From assembly GCA_964650645.1 (NCBI GenBank), contig CAZYUH010000001.1, forward strand, positions 347,032 to 411,031: 64,000 bases of DNA, read 5' to 3'. Position 1 is the stretch's first letter; each line of letters starts with the position of its first letter. The position numbers and the translations under genes are program-made. Shown here piece by piece: positions 31,308-40,484 of the stretch. Under the pieces are notes generated by a model, which had not been told where the DNA came from, searched no databases, and saw only the letters and a program-made list of their open reading frames with translations. This DNA comes from an uncultured Candidatus Saccharibacteria bacterium. GTDB taxonomy: Bacteria > Patescibacteriota > Minisyncoccia > Phycocordibacterales > SBAW01.

Positions 31308-31321
31308 AGACCGAGTGTATA

Positions 31322-32590
31322 TCAAATGCGCTCTATGCGCATGCCGACGCCCCGCAGGCGCTCGGCGATGTTCTCGTAGCCGCGGTCTATGTGGTGGATG
31401 TTGCTTATGTCCGACGTGCCTTGCGCCACGGCCGCCGCGATGAGGAACGCGAGGCCGGCGCGCACGTCGGGGCTCTCCATGGAGCGGGCCTTGAGCGCGC
31501 GCGGTCCTTTTATGAGCACGCGGTGCGGGTCCATGGTCGTGATGTCGGCGCCCATCACGCGCAACACTTCGACGAACTGGAGGCGGTTGTCCCAAATGGT
31601 CTCGAACACGCGCGACTCGCCCGGCACCTGTGTTAAGAGGGTGACCATGGGCGCCATGAGGTCGGTGGGGTAGCCCGGGTACTCGTGCGTCTTTATGCTC
31701 ATGGGCGCAAGCGGCGCCGCTTTGACGCGCAGGCTGGTAGGGCCGGTCTCAATATCGGCGCCCGCCTGGCGAAGCAGGCGCACTACCGCCTCCAGGTGCT
31801 CGGGCACGCAGGATTCTATGCGCAGGTCTTTTGCCGCCAGGCAGCCCAATATGAGGAAGCTGCCCGCCTCGATGCGGTCAGGCACGACGGCAAAGCTCTC
31901 CGGCGCGCGCAGAAGCTCCGTGCCGCCGGTGACGGTAATGGTGGTGGTGCCCGCGCCAGCAATGCTGGCGCCCGAGGCGTTGAGCATGTCGGCGAGCCAC
32001 ACTATCTCGGGCTCCATGGCCGCGTTGCGTATGGTGGTCACGCCGTCGGCCAGCACCGCGGCGAGCATCGCGGTCTCGGTGCCGGTTACCGACTGGATGC
32101 GGAAGAAGAGGTCGGCGCCCTTGAGCCGCCCGCCCTGCACCCGCACGCCGTAGCTGCCGTCGTCGTTTACGACTTCCGCGCCCATCGCCGTAAACGTTTC
32201 TAAAAAAAGGTCTATAGGCCGCTCGCCGATGATGTCGCCGCCCGGATGGCTGAAAATGACCTGGCCGAAGCGCGCCAGCAATGGGCCTGCCAGGACGATA
32301 GATGCGCGCAGCGCGCTCATCATGCTCGCGGGTATGGAGGAGCCGCTCATGCCCGAGGCGTCTATGGTAAGCGCGTGCCCGTCGCGCGAGGTTGAGGCGC
32401 CCAGCGTCTCTAGAATGGAGCAGAGCGCCTGCACGTCGAGGATGCCGGGGACGTTCGTGAGCGAGAGCGGCGTGCGGTACAGGACCGACGCCGCCATGGC
32501 CTTGAGCACCGCGTTTTTCGCGCCGGCCACCCGTATGGCGCCCTCGAGCGACGGGGCGTTCGCGCCCTCGATGCGGAATATTTCTTGCAT
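31322..32590 (-). CDS. murA: UDP-GlcNAc enolpyruvyl transferase
   Basis: GAKNA, LRASI..GPLLARFG, PGGDIIGERP, PDRIEAG, YPGYPTD, DVRAG, IDRGYE. Confidence 0.95.
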   Translation of the reverse strand: MQEIFRIEGANAPSLEGAIRVAGAKNAVLKAMAASVLYRTPLSLTNVPGILDVQALCSILETLGASTSRDGHALTIDASGMSGSSIPASMMSALRASIVLAGPLLARFGQVIFSHPGGDIIGERPIDLFLETFTAMGAEVVNDDGSYGVRVQGGRLKGADLFFRIQSVTGTETAMLAAVLADGVTTIRNAAMEPEIVWLADMLNASGASIAGAGTTTITVTGGTELLRAPESFAVVPDRIEAGSFLILGCLAAKDLRIESCVPEHLEAVVRLLRQAGADIETGPTSLRVKAAPLAPMSIKTHEYPGYPTDLMAPMVTLLTQVPGESRVFETIWDNRLQFVEVLRVMGADITTMDPHRVLIKGPRALKARSMESPDVRAGLAFLIAAAVAQGTSDISNIHHIDRGYENIAERLRGVGMRIERI

Positions 32591-32619
32591 GCAGAGGCAG
32601 TATAGCGCACTCTGGATGC

Positions 32620-33537
32620 ATGGATATGCGCCCTAATGTCCCGCTTGCGCCGCTTACGACCTTCGCCATTGGCGGGCCGGCGGCGTGGCTTTCCGAGGCC
32701 GCAAGCGTGGATGATATGCGGCACGCCTACGCGTACGCGGAAGAAAAGAGCCTGCCTGTCGTGGTGCTCGGCGGCGGGAGCAACGTGCTGGCGCCCGACG
32801 AGGGGCTCCGGGCGCTGGTGGTGCGCGTGGCGAATAAGGGTATCCGCTTTGACGGCGGCGCGATGCGCGTCGCGGCGGGCGAGAACCTGATTGATGCGGT
32901 GCGCGCGGCGGCGGGGAAGGGGCTCGGCGGGCTCGAGAGCCTGGCGGGCATTCCGGGCACGGTGGGCGGGGCTGTGCGCGGCAACGCGGGCGCGTTCGGA
33001 ACGGAAATAAAAGACGCGCTGGTGTCGGCGACGGTGCTCGATGCGCGCACGGGGGAAGTGCGCGCGCTTTCCAATGACGAATGCGGATTCGCCTACCGTA
33101 CGAGCCGCATCAAAGAGCATCCGGGCCTCATAGTGCTCGAAGCGGAGTTCAATCTGGCGCCCATAGAACCCATGGAGGCCGACAAGAGAATAATGCATAC
33201 GCTCGCCGAGCGCGCGAAGCGCCACATTCAGGATATAAAGTCGGCCGGCTCGTTCTTCAAGAACCCGGTCGTGTCGCGGGAACTGCAGGAATTATTTGAA
33301 CGCGAAAAAGGCGCCGCTTCCAAAGAGGGCAGGGTGCCCGCCGGCTGGCTCATGGACCGCGCGGGCATGCGCGGCGCGCGCGCGGGCGACGCGGTCGCAA
33401 GCGAGTACCACACCAACTACTTTTTAAACGCGGGGAACGCCACAGCCGCCCAGGTCAAAGAGCTTGCGGCGCGCGCTAAGAGGGAGGTGTATGCGAAGTT
33501 CGGCGTACTGCTGGAAGAAGAAGCGAGCGTCTTATAA
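32620..33537 (+). CDS. murB: UDP-MurNAc dehydrogenase
   Basis: TTFAIGGPA, LGGGSNVL, GIPGTVGGAVRGNAGAFG, FAYRTS, SAGSFFKNP, HTNYFLN. Confidence 0.95.
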   Translation: MDMRPNVPLAPLTTFAIGGPAAWLSEAASVDDMRHAYAYAEEKSLPVVVLGGGSNVLAPDEGLRALVVRVANKGIRFDGGAMRVAAGENLIDAVRAAAGKGLGGLESLAGIPGTVGGAVRGNAGAFGTEIKDALVSATVLDARTGEVRALSNDECGFAYRTSRIKEHPGLIVLEAEFNLAPIEPMEADKRIMHTLAERAKRHIQDIKSAGSFFKNPVVSRELQELFEREKGAASKEGRVPAGWLMDRAGMRGARAGDAVASEYHTNYFLNAGNATAAQVKELAARAKREVYAKFGVLLEEEASVL

Positions 33538-33575
33538 AAAAAGAATCCCCGCGCAAGCGGGGATGGAGCAAAGGC

Positions 33576-34463
33576 TCAGGAGTTCCGGACGACGGCGACC
33601 AGGTAGCGGCCGCTGCCGTCGCCGCGGCGCGTCGTGGGCAGCTCGTCGCGGAGGTAGGCGTGCTCGAGGCTGATGTTCTCCGGGGGCACGCCGTTGTCTA
33701 TGAACTGCCTGCGGATGATGCGTGGAACGTCGATGCCGATGCCTCGGCTGTCGACGATGCCGCACTCCTCTCCGTACTCTCTTGGGAGCAGTTTCCATGC
33801 GCCTTCGTTGTACTCGGCGTGTTCAGTGTTCTTGTCCGCAAGGTCATGACGGAACTCTTCCGGTCTGATCGAGTAGTAGACAGCCGCGCGTATCTCATGC
33901 GCTTTGCGATGCGCTGAGTACGAGGGCGCCAGCTCATTGAGGATGCCGTTCACGATGCTTTCGTGCCTTCTTCCTTTGCGGAAGTTCTGGGTGCGGATGC
34001 GCGTGCGGTCTATGACGCAGTCGCGCCCCGCGTGCGCGAAGATCATCTTGTTGCCGCGCGTGGCAACGATGAGCGAACACCCGCCGGCGCTGAAGATGCC
34101 GGCGCAGCCCCTGTACGGGAGCCATGCGCCGTCGGCGGGAACATCCGGGTTGCGGTACATCCATAGGTTTCCCAGACGCAGGCGCTCCTTCATGAGCGTC
34201 TCCTCTGAGACCAGCTCGCCGTTGAACTTCGTGGGCGTGGGCGCGAAGATGAGGCGCGCGCCCATGCCCGCGAGGGCGCGGCTTATTCTTCGCGCCAATT
34301 CCGGCGCCTTGTCCTCGTCGCCCTCGCGCTGGAGGGGCTTGAGCGACCAATCGCTGCCCTCGAAGCAGGTGGCGGTATACGCCGGGTGGCCCGGTATCGC
34401 GCTTGGGGCGGATACTAGGGGCTTGATGCGCCCGAGCGCGGCAGGCAGAAGCCCGTTATCCAT
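33576..34463 (-). CDS. Divergent YfiH/PgeF (laccase-domain) family protein
   Basis: ADG...SAGGCSLI...AHAGR...GVPPENI...TTRR..GSGR parallels YfiH motifs; AGGAG SD. Confidence 0.6.
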   Translation of the reverse strand: MDNGLLPAALGRIKPLVSAPSAIPGHPAYTATCFEGSDWSLKPLQREGDEDKAPELARRISRALAGMGARLIFAPTPTKFNGELVSEETLMKERLRLGNLWMYRNPDVPADGAWLPYRGCAGIFSAGGCSLIVATRGNKMIFAHAGRDCVIDRTRIRTQNFRKGRRHESIVNGILNELAPSYSAHRKAHEIRAAVYYSIRPEEFRHDLADKNTEHAEYNEGAWKLLPREYGEECGIVDSRGIGIDVPRIIRRQFIDNGVPPENISLEHAYLRDELPTTRRGDGSGRYLVAVVRNS

Positions 34464-34545
34464 TCAGTGTCTCCTGTTGTGGGTGAAGATCGTAAGCTGG
34501 TTCGCAAATTACCACATTTTCAGCATTTGTGCTAGTGTAGGGTTC

Positions 34546-34602
34546 ATAGTCTAGCGAAGCGAGAGAAAAGAAAAGTTTCTTTTCCGAGCGAGCGACGACT
34601 AT
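34546..34602. repeat. REP-like imperfect inverted repeat upstream of rsmI
   Basis: ATAGTC...GAAAAGAAA/TTTCTTTTC...GACTAT; right end approximate (extends to about 34612). Confidence 0.4.
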
Positions 34603-34622
34603 ATAAGACGAAGTGCTTTTAT

Positions 34623-35270
34623 ATGGCAGCAAAACTCTCCATAGTCGCAACGCCCATAGGCAACCTTGAAGACATCACCCTGCGGGCCCTCCGCGCATTA
34701 AAGGAGGCCGATGTGGTCGCCTGCGAGGATACGCGCGTCACGAAGAAGCTCCTGAGCCATTTCGATATCCACACAATGGTGGTGACGTTGCCTAAAATCC
34801 CCGCGCTCTTGGAGCAGGGCAGGCATGTGGCGCTCGTAAGCGACGCGGGAACTCCCGGCGTGTCGGACCCGGGGCAGGAGATAGTGTCCCATGCGCGCGA
34901 CGCGGGCGCCGCCATAGAAGCCGTGCCGGGCCCCAGCGCGCTTGCGGCGGCGCTGTCCGTGTGCGGCCTGCGCGCCGCCGCCTTCACGTTCTACGGCTTC
35001 CTGCCGCTCAAGAAGGGGAGGCAGACGCTTTTCAAGGAAATAGCGGAAAGCGGGAGGGCGAGCGTGTTCTACGAGTCGCCGCACCGCATCATGAAGGCGC
35101 TCGAGGCGCTTGCCGAGGCCGCGCCCGGGCGCCGCATCGGCGTGTACCGCGAGCTGACCAAGATGTATGAAGAGCACCGGGTGGGCGCGGCGCGTGATGT
35201 GCTCGCGTATTTTAATGAAAACGAGGAAAAACAGCGCGGAGAATTTGTAGTTATCGTGGAAGGGCTTTAG
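34623..35270 (+). CDS. rsmI: 16S rRNA C1402 2'-O-methyltransferase
   Basis: VATPIGNLEDITLRAL, CEDTR, VSDAGTPGVSDPG, YESPHR, RELTKMYE. Confidence 0.95.
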   Translation: MAAKLSIVATPIGNLEDITLRALRALKEADVVACEDTRVTKKLLSHFDIHTMVVTLPKIPALLEQGRHVALVSDAGTPGVSDPGQEIVSHARDAGAAIEAVPGPSALAAALSVCGLRAAAFTFYGFLPLKKGRQTLFKEIAESGRASVFYESPHRIMKALEALAEAAPGRRIGVYRELTKMYEEHRVGAARDVLAYFNENEEKQRGEFVVIVEGL

Positions 35271-35279
35271 AATAAGCCC

Positions 35280-35522
35280 ATGTCCAAAGAGATGACCGTG
35301 ATAGCGCTCGGCGCGCTCGTTGCCGTGACGCCGTACCTCGGCATCCCCGGCTCGTGGAAGACCGCCGTGCTCGTGTTTGCGGGACTGGCGATCGCGGGCG
35401 CGGGCTTTCTCCTGCGCGGCGAGGCTATCGCGCGCGCGGCGGGCCGCGGCCAGGGCCATTTCGTAGAGAACGCAGGGCCCGCGCATACGCATCACGACCA
35501 TGGCACCAGCCCGCTCAACTAA
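35280..35522 (+). CDS. Small two-TM membrane protein
   Basis: Two hydrophobic helices around PYLGIPGSWK; TAGAAT, 6 nt, ATG. Confidence 0.7.
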   Translation: MSKEMTVIALGALVAVTPYLGIPGSWKTAVLVFAGLAIAGAGFLLRGEAIARAAGRGQGHFVENAGPAHTHHDHGTSPLN

Positions 35523-36678
35523 CGGCCCCGGAGGCCCCCGCGGCCGCTACGTCGCGCACGCCCTGGTGTGCGCGCTCGGCATCGCGCTCGTGGTCGCGGC
35601 CGCATACTTCCTTTTGCCCGCGATGACGTCGGTGTCCTACGGCACCGATGCCGCCACGTCCACTTCGATGCTCGAGAAGATAATTCCCAAGAAAGAGCCG
35701 CCCAAGCCCGTCCTCGATACCGCCGACTACCGCCGCCGCCTGCTTGCTTTGGCGCAGGTCGCCACCACGAGCCCGTGGTACGCCGCATTCATGAAAGGCT
35801 CCGCAACGCCGCTCGATGCCGACGGCAACGCCACCACGACGGCCGAGGCGAAGCCTTTGTGGCCCGTGTGGGACGCGCCCGAGCCCCTGCCGGGCGCGAT
35901 ACTCCCGTTCAAGCGCATCGTGGCGTTCTACGGCAACTTCTATTCAAAGCAGATGGGCATATTGGGCGAGTTCGAAAAGGATACGGTGCTTGCGAAATTG
36001 CGCGCGGAAGTCGAGGCGTGGGAAAAGGCCGACCCGACGACGCCCGTCATGCCGGCCATAGAGTACATTGACGTCACCGCGCAGGGCAGCCCCGGCAAGG
36101 ACGGCAAGTACCGCCTGCGCATGCCCGACACGCAGGTGGACAAGGCCATAGAGTACGCGCGCGAGGTGGACGGCATCGTGATACTCGACATACAGGTAGG
36201 GCTCTCGTCGGTGCAGGACGAGGTGCCCCTGCTCGATACGTACTGGGCGATGCCCAACGTGCACCTGGCGATAGACCCGGAGTTCGACATGAAGGGCAAT
36301 GACGCGCCGGGCGACGTCATCGGCACGACCGATGCGGCGACCATCAACTGGGCAATCGACCATCTCTCGAAGATAGTGCGCGACAACAACCTGCCGCCCA
36401 AGATACTGCTGCTGCACCGCTTTACGCAGAAGATGATAACCGACTACAGGCAGATAAAGCCCACGCCCGAGGTGCAGGTCATCATGCAGATGGATGGGTG
36501 GGGGAGCCCTCAGCGCAAGAAGAACACCTACTACCACGTGGTGGCGCCCGAGCCGGTGCAGTTCACGGGAATAAAGATCTTCTACAAGAACGACCTGAAG
36601 GAAGAGCCGCCGCGCCTTTTGACCAAGCAGGAAGTGCTCGACTTGAAGCCCACCCCGATATTCATCCAGTACCAGTAG
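35500..36678 (+). CDS. Membrane-anchored hypothetical protein with a large globular domain
   Basis: N-terminal TM helix; RIVAFYGN, ILDIQVG, HLAIDPEF, MDGWG; strong coding bias. Confidence 0.8.
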   Translation: MAPARSTNGPGGPRGRYVAHALVCALGIALVVAAAYFLLPAMTSVSYGTDAATSTSMLEKIIPKKEPPKPVLDTADYRRRLLALAQVATTSPWYAAFMKGSATPLDADGNATTTAEAKPLWPVWDAPEPLPGAILPFKRIVAFYGNFYSKQMGILGEFEKDTVLAKLRAEVEAWEKADPTTPVMPAIEYIDVTAQGSPGKDGKYRLRMPDTQVDKAIEYAREVDGIVILDIQVGLSSVQDEVPLLDTYWAMPNVHLAIDPEFDMKGNDAPGDVIGTTDAATINWAIDHLSKIVRDNNLPPKILLLHRFTQKMITDYRQIKPTPEVQVIMQMDGWGSPQRKKNTYYHVVAPEPVQFTGIKIFYKNDLKEEPPRLLTKQEVLDLKPTPIFIQYQ

Positions 36679-36747
36679 CGGCAGTTCTGGAAGCTTCCTT
36701 GAAACAGTGGTATATAAAAGGAGGTACGGTCAGGCAAGGAGGAGCGA

Positions 36748-36966
36748 ATGCTCACGCTTGAGGAAGTGAAGACGGCTCACGAGGCCGATGCGTTCTATGC
36801 GCACGTGGTGCGGAACTTCGATTTCGGCCTTAGAAGATGGGTCGAAGCGGATCCGCAGGAACTCCCGGGGGATTCTGACAAGATACGGGTCGCGAAGGCG
36901 GCCTACCGCAAGCTCCGCTCGCTCAGCCCCGGGCATCCGCATCGCCGCACGACTATGCACTCGTAG
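36748..36966 (+). CDS. Small hypothetical protein
   Basis: AAGGAGG SD; own promoter-like TTGAAA/TATA region; terminator at 36978-37003. Confidence 0.65.
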   Translation: MLTLEEVKTAHEADAFYAHVVRNFDFGLRRWVEADPQELPGDSDKIRVAKAAYRKLRSLSPGHPHRRTTMHS

Positions 36967-37029
36967 CGCAATGCAGCAAAGCCCCGCTTAGTGCGGGGCT
37001 TTTCGCATGCAAGTGGTACAATTGGTTCA

Positions 37030-38931
37030 ATGCTTGAAGATCCGGGCAAGATAACCTATTTCGCCGAGACGAACTCGCGCGGCAAGCCCCTGCCGTTCGG
37101 CATCAAGCGCCGCGACCGCGCGCGCCACATGTACATCATCGGGAAGACGGGCATGGGCAAGTCGACCCTGCTCGAGAACCTGGCCATACAGGATATTCGC
37201 AACGGCGAGGGCATGGCGTTCATCGACCCGCACGGCTCGACGGCCGAGCGCATCATGGAGTACGTGCCGGCGCACCGCATGCGCGACGTGGTGTACTTCG
37301 CGCCGTTCGACATGGACTATCCCGTGGCGTTCAACGTCATGGAGGACGTGGGCTACGACAAGCGCCACCTGGTGGTGTCGGGCCTCATCACCGCGTTCAA
37401 GAAGATATGGGTGGACGCGTTCAGCGCCCGCATGGAGTACATACTCTCCAACACGCTCCTCGCGCTCCTTGAGTACGAGGGCGCCACCATGCTCGACGTC
37501 AACCGCATGCTCGTCAACAAGAACTTCCGCCAGAAGGTCGTCGACAACATAAAGGACCCGATGGTGAAGGACTTCTGGGTGGGGGAGTTCGCCAACTATT
37601 CCGACCGCTACACGCAGGAGGCCACGCCCGCGATACAGAACAAGATAGGCCAGTTCACGTCCAACCCGCTCATACGCAACATCATCGGGCAGCCGAAGTC
37701 TTCCTTCGATATCCGCGAGCTCATGGACCAGAAGAAGATACTCATCATGAACCTGTCCAAGGGCCGCGTGGGCGAGGTGAACGCCCAGCTCCTCGGCTCC
37801 ATGCTCGTCACCAAGATCTACCTGGCGGCGATGTCGCGCGCCGACGTGCCGGCACAGACGCTCTCGGCGCTTCCGAGCTTCTACTTCTACGTGGACGAGT
37901 TCCAGAACTTCGCCAACGAGTCGTTCGCCGACATCCTCTCTGAAGCGCGCAAGTACAAGCTCAACCTCATCATCGCGCACCAGTACGTCGAGCAGATGGA
38001 GGAGGAGGTGCGCGACGCGGTGTTCGGCAACGTGGGCACCACCGTATCGTTCAGGGTGGGGCCGTTCGACGCCGAGACGCTCGAGCCCATATTCGCGCCG
38101 CAGTTCGAGGCGAAGGACCTCGTCAACCTCGGCTTCGCGCAGATCTACCTCACGCTCATGATAGACGGGGTGGGGAGCCCGCCGTTCTCCGCCACGACCC
38201 TGCCGCCGTTCGACGCATCGCCCGAGGACAACACGAGGAAGGTGATAGAGTACTCGCGCCAGCAGTTCGGCTGCCCGCGCGCGCAGGTTGAAAAGGCAAT
38301 TACCGACTGGCAGGAGGCGGTTCCGCTCGTCGTCGAGGCTCCCAAGCCCAAGTACGGCAAGCCGGCCCCGTCCCGTCCCGCAAGCGCTGGGCCGCGCCCG
38401 GCCCCCGCCGCGCAGGCGCAGCCTTCCGTGCGCCCTCCTGCGCCTGCGGCTCCGGCGCCGGTAGTCGTGCCGGTGCCTGTCGCGCCGGCGCCGGTGGTGC
38501 AGGCGGTCAGGGTAGAAGCGCCGGTGCCGCAGGTGCATGTGCACGCGCATACGCACCAGGTGCCCCGTCGCGAGGCGCCTCGTGCAGCGCCTGCGCCCCG
38601 TCCCGAGCCTGAAAAGCCGCCTCTTGAAGGCTCCGCCAGCCTGCGCGACGCCCTCGCCGCGGTGACCGCGAAAAGGAACGACGCGCCCAAGCCCGATATG
38701 CCGAAGGCCGAGCCGCATGCGCACTCCACTCCGGCGTCAGGCAAAGCGGACGCGTCCTCTGCGGGACAACACAAAGCGCCCGGGCTCAAGGAGGCTCTGG
38801 ACAGTGTCGCCAAAAAAACGCCGAATCCCGCATCGCTTCCAAAAGAAACGCTTCATGCTATGCTCTCTGTCGACCCGGAACTGGAAGGGTCGCACCATGA
38901 GCGAGCAAAGCATCACGAGCCGTGCGACTAG
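37030..38931 (+). CDS. TraD/VirD4 (HerA-FtsK superfamily) ATPase with a Pro/Ala-rich tail
   Basis: RHMYIIGKTGMGKS, FIDPHG, FYVDEFQNF, SEARKY..AHQY, AVFGNVGT. Confidence 0.88.
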   Translation: MLEDPGKITYFAETNSRGKPLPFGIKRRDRARHMYIIGKTGMGKSTLLENLAIQDIRNGEGMAFIDPHGSTAERIMEYVPAHRMRDVVYFAPFDMDYPVAFNVMEDVGYDKRHLVVSGLITAFKKIWVDAFSARMEYILSNTLLALLEYEGATMLDVNRMLVNKNFRQKVVDNIKDPMVKDFWVGEFANYSDRYTQEATPAIQNKIGQFTSNPLIRNIIGQPKSSFDIRELMDQKKILIMNLSKGRVGEVNAQLLGSMLVTKIYLAAMSRADVPAQTLSALPSFYFYVDEFQNFANESFADILSEARKYKLNLIIAHQYVEQMEEEVRDAVFGNVGTTVSFRVGPFDAETLEPIFAPQFEAKDLVNLGFAQIYLTLMIDGVGSPPFSATTLPPFDASPEDNTRKVIEYSRQQFGCPRAQVEKAITDWQEAVPLVVEAPKPKYGKPAPSRPASAGPRPAPAAQAQPSVRPPAPAAPAPVVVPVPVAPAPVVQAVRVEAPVPQVHVHAHTHQVPRREAPRAAPAPRPEPEKPPLEGSASLRDALAAVTAKRNDAPKPDMPKAEPHAHSTPASGKADASSAGQHKAPGLKEALDSVAKKTPNPASLPKETLHAMLSVDPELEGSHHERAKHHEPCD

Positions 38932-40414
38932 GGCCCTCCTTTTTTCCATACTCTTATTCGCGCTTCCCGCCGCCGCCCATGCGTCGGTCGTTATAAGCGA
39001 AGTGATGTACGACCCCGAGGGTGCCGATACCGGCCGCGAGTGGGTCGAACTGTATAACGACGGCGCCGATGATGTGGCGCTTGTGGGCGGCACGGGCAAG
39101 GGCTCGTGGCGCATCAGCGACAACGCCAATCATTCCATTACCGACCCTTCGGGCAGGGTGGGGCGCGGCTCGCTTGTCGTGCCGGCGGGCGGCTACCTGG
39201 TGCTGGCAAGCGACCCTGCGGCGTTCATGGCGGAATATTCAGGCGACTACTCCGTCGCCAAGGCGTCGCTCTCTTTTAATAACACCGGCGCGACCGTGTC
39301 GCTCGTAGACGGCAGCGGCGCGACGGTCGACTCCGCGACGTACAGCGCGAGCCAGGGTGGCGACGGCAACGGCGCGAGCCTCCAGCTCTCATCGGGCGCA
39401 TGGCTGCAGGCCCTGCCTACGCCGGGCGCCGCCAACGCGACCGAGGCGTACGCGCCGCCGGAGGCTGAAAAGGGAAGCGGCAGCTCCGGCGCGTCCAAGT
39501 CGCCCTCGACCTACTACGTGGCACCGCCCGCGCCCGCGGTGTTCGCGGACGCGGGGGAGGACCGCACGGTTATCGTCGGGGCCGACGCGATGTTCCGCGC
39601 GCAGGCGTACAATCGCGACCGTGCGGCCTTCAAGAGCGCTAAGTTCGTATGGAACTTCGGCGACGGCGTGTCCGCCGAGGGCGCGCAGGTGATGCACCAC
39701 TTCTCCTACCCGGGCCGCTACAGCGTCGAGCTCCATATCACCAACCAGAACTACTCGGCCTCGTCGAAGGTCATCGTGACGGCGAAAGAGGCCGCGGTCG
39801 CGATGGCGGAGCTTCCGGGCGGCGGCGCGTCGATACGCAACGGCGCCGACCGCGACCTCGACCTGTCGTACTGGCTGGTGCGCCAGGGCGCGGCGACGTT
39901 CAGGCTGCCGGAGCACTCAATCGCGCTCAGGGGGGAGGCTATCAATATCGACCAGGCGACGCTCGGCTTCGCGGCGACGGGCGCCAAGCTCCTGTACCCC
40001 AACGGGGCCGAGGTGGCGCTATCTGCGGCGGCGCCCGACAGCGCTCCTGAAGCAAGCACGGCGCCGGCCCCCGTATCCGCTCCCCTTATCGAGCCTGATT
40101 CTGCGTCCGACGAGGATGCACGGGCCCTTTCTTCGATTTCCATTTCCATCGAGGAGCCGATGCAAGCGCCTGCCGCAGGGCAAGCGGCTCCTGCCGCGAC
40201 CTCTTCCGCAGCGCAGGTGCATGATGGTCTGGCGCCTACGGAGCTTGCCGCAGCGGCGGGCGAAAGCGGCGCCGTGCTCCCGTTGTGGACCGCTTTGGCG
40301 GGGCTCGGCGGCATCATGGGTCTGGGCGTCGCGGGGGTGCTCGCCGCGCGCCGCAAGCCGGGCACGGGCGGTGAAACCACTTTATCGGCAGATGAGTTTG
40401 AAATAGAGGGCTAA
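38897..40414 (+). CDS. Secreted lamin-tail-domain + PKD surface protein with C-terminal TM anchor
   Basis: Signal peptide; VVISEVMYDPEGADTGREWVELYN (LTD); WNFGDG...HHFSYPGRY (PKD). Confidence 0.85.
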   Translation: MSEQSITSRATRALLFSILLFALPAAAHASVVISEVMYDPEGADTGREWVELYNDGADDVALVGGTGKGSWRISDNANHSITDPSGRVGRGSLVVPAGGYLVLASDPAAFMAEYSGDYSVAKASLSFNNTGATVSLVDGSGATVDSATYSASQGGDGNGASLQLSSGAWLQALPTPGAANATEAYAPPEAEKGSGSSGASKSPSTYYVAPPAPAVFADAGEDRTVIVGADAMFRAQAYNRDRAAFKSAKFVWNFGDGVSAEGAQVMHHFSYPGRYSVELHITNQNYSASSKVIVTAKEAAVAMAELPGGGASIRNGADRDLDLSYWLVRQGAATFRLPEHSIALRGEAINIDQATLGFAATGAKLLYPNGAEVALSAAAPDSAPEASTAPAPVSAPLIEPDSASDEDARALSSISISIEEPMQAPAAGQAAPAATSSAAQVHDGLAPTELAAAAGESGAVLPLWTALAGLGGIMGLGVAGVLAARRKPGTGGETTLSADEFEIEG

Positions 40415-40484
40415 TACAGCTTTTGACTTATTTAAAATTGATGGTACAGTAGCTCCCGGCTGTTCTATCATTGAAAGGCGATCC

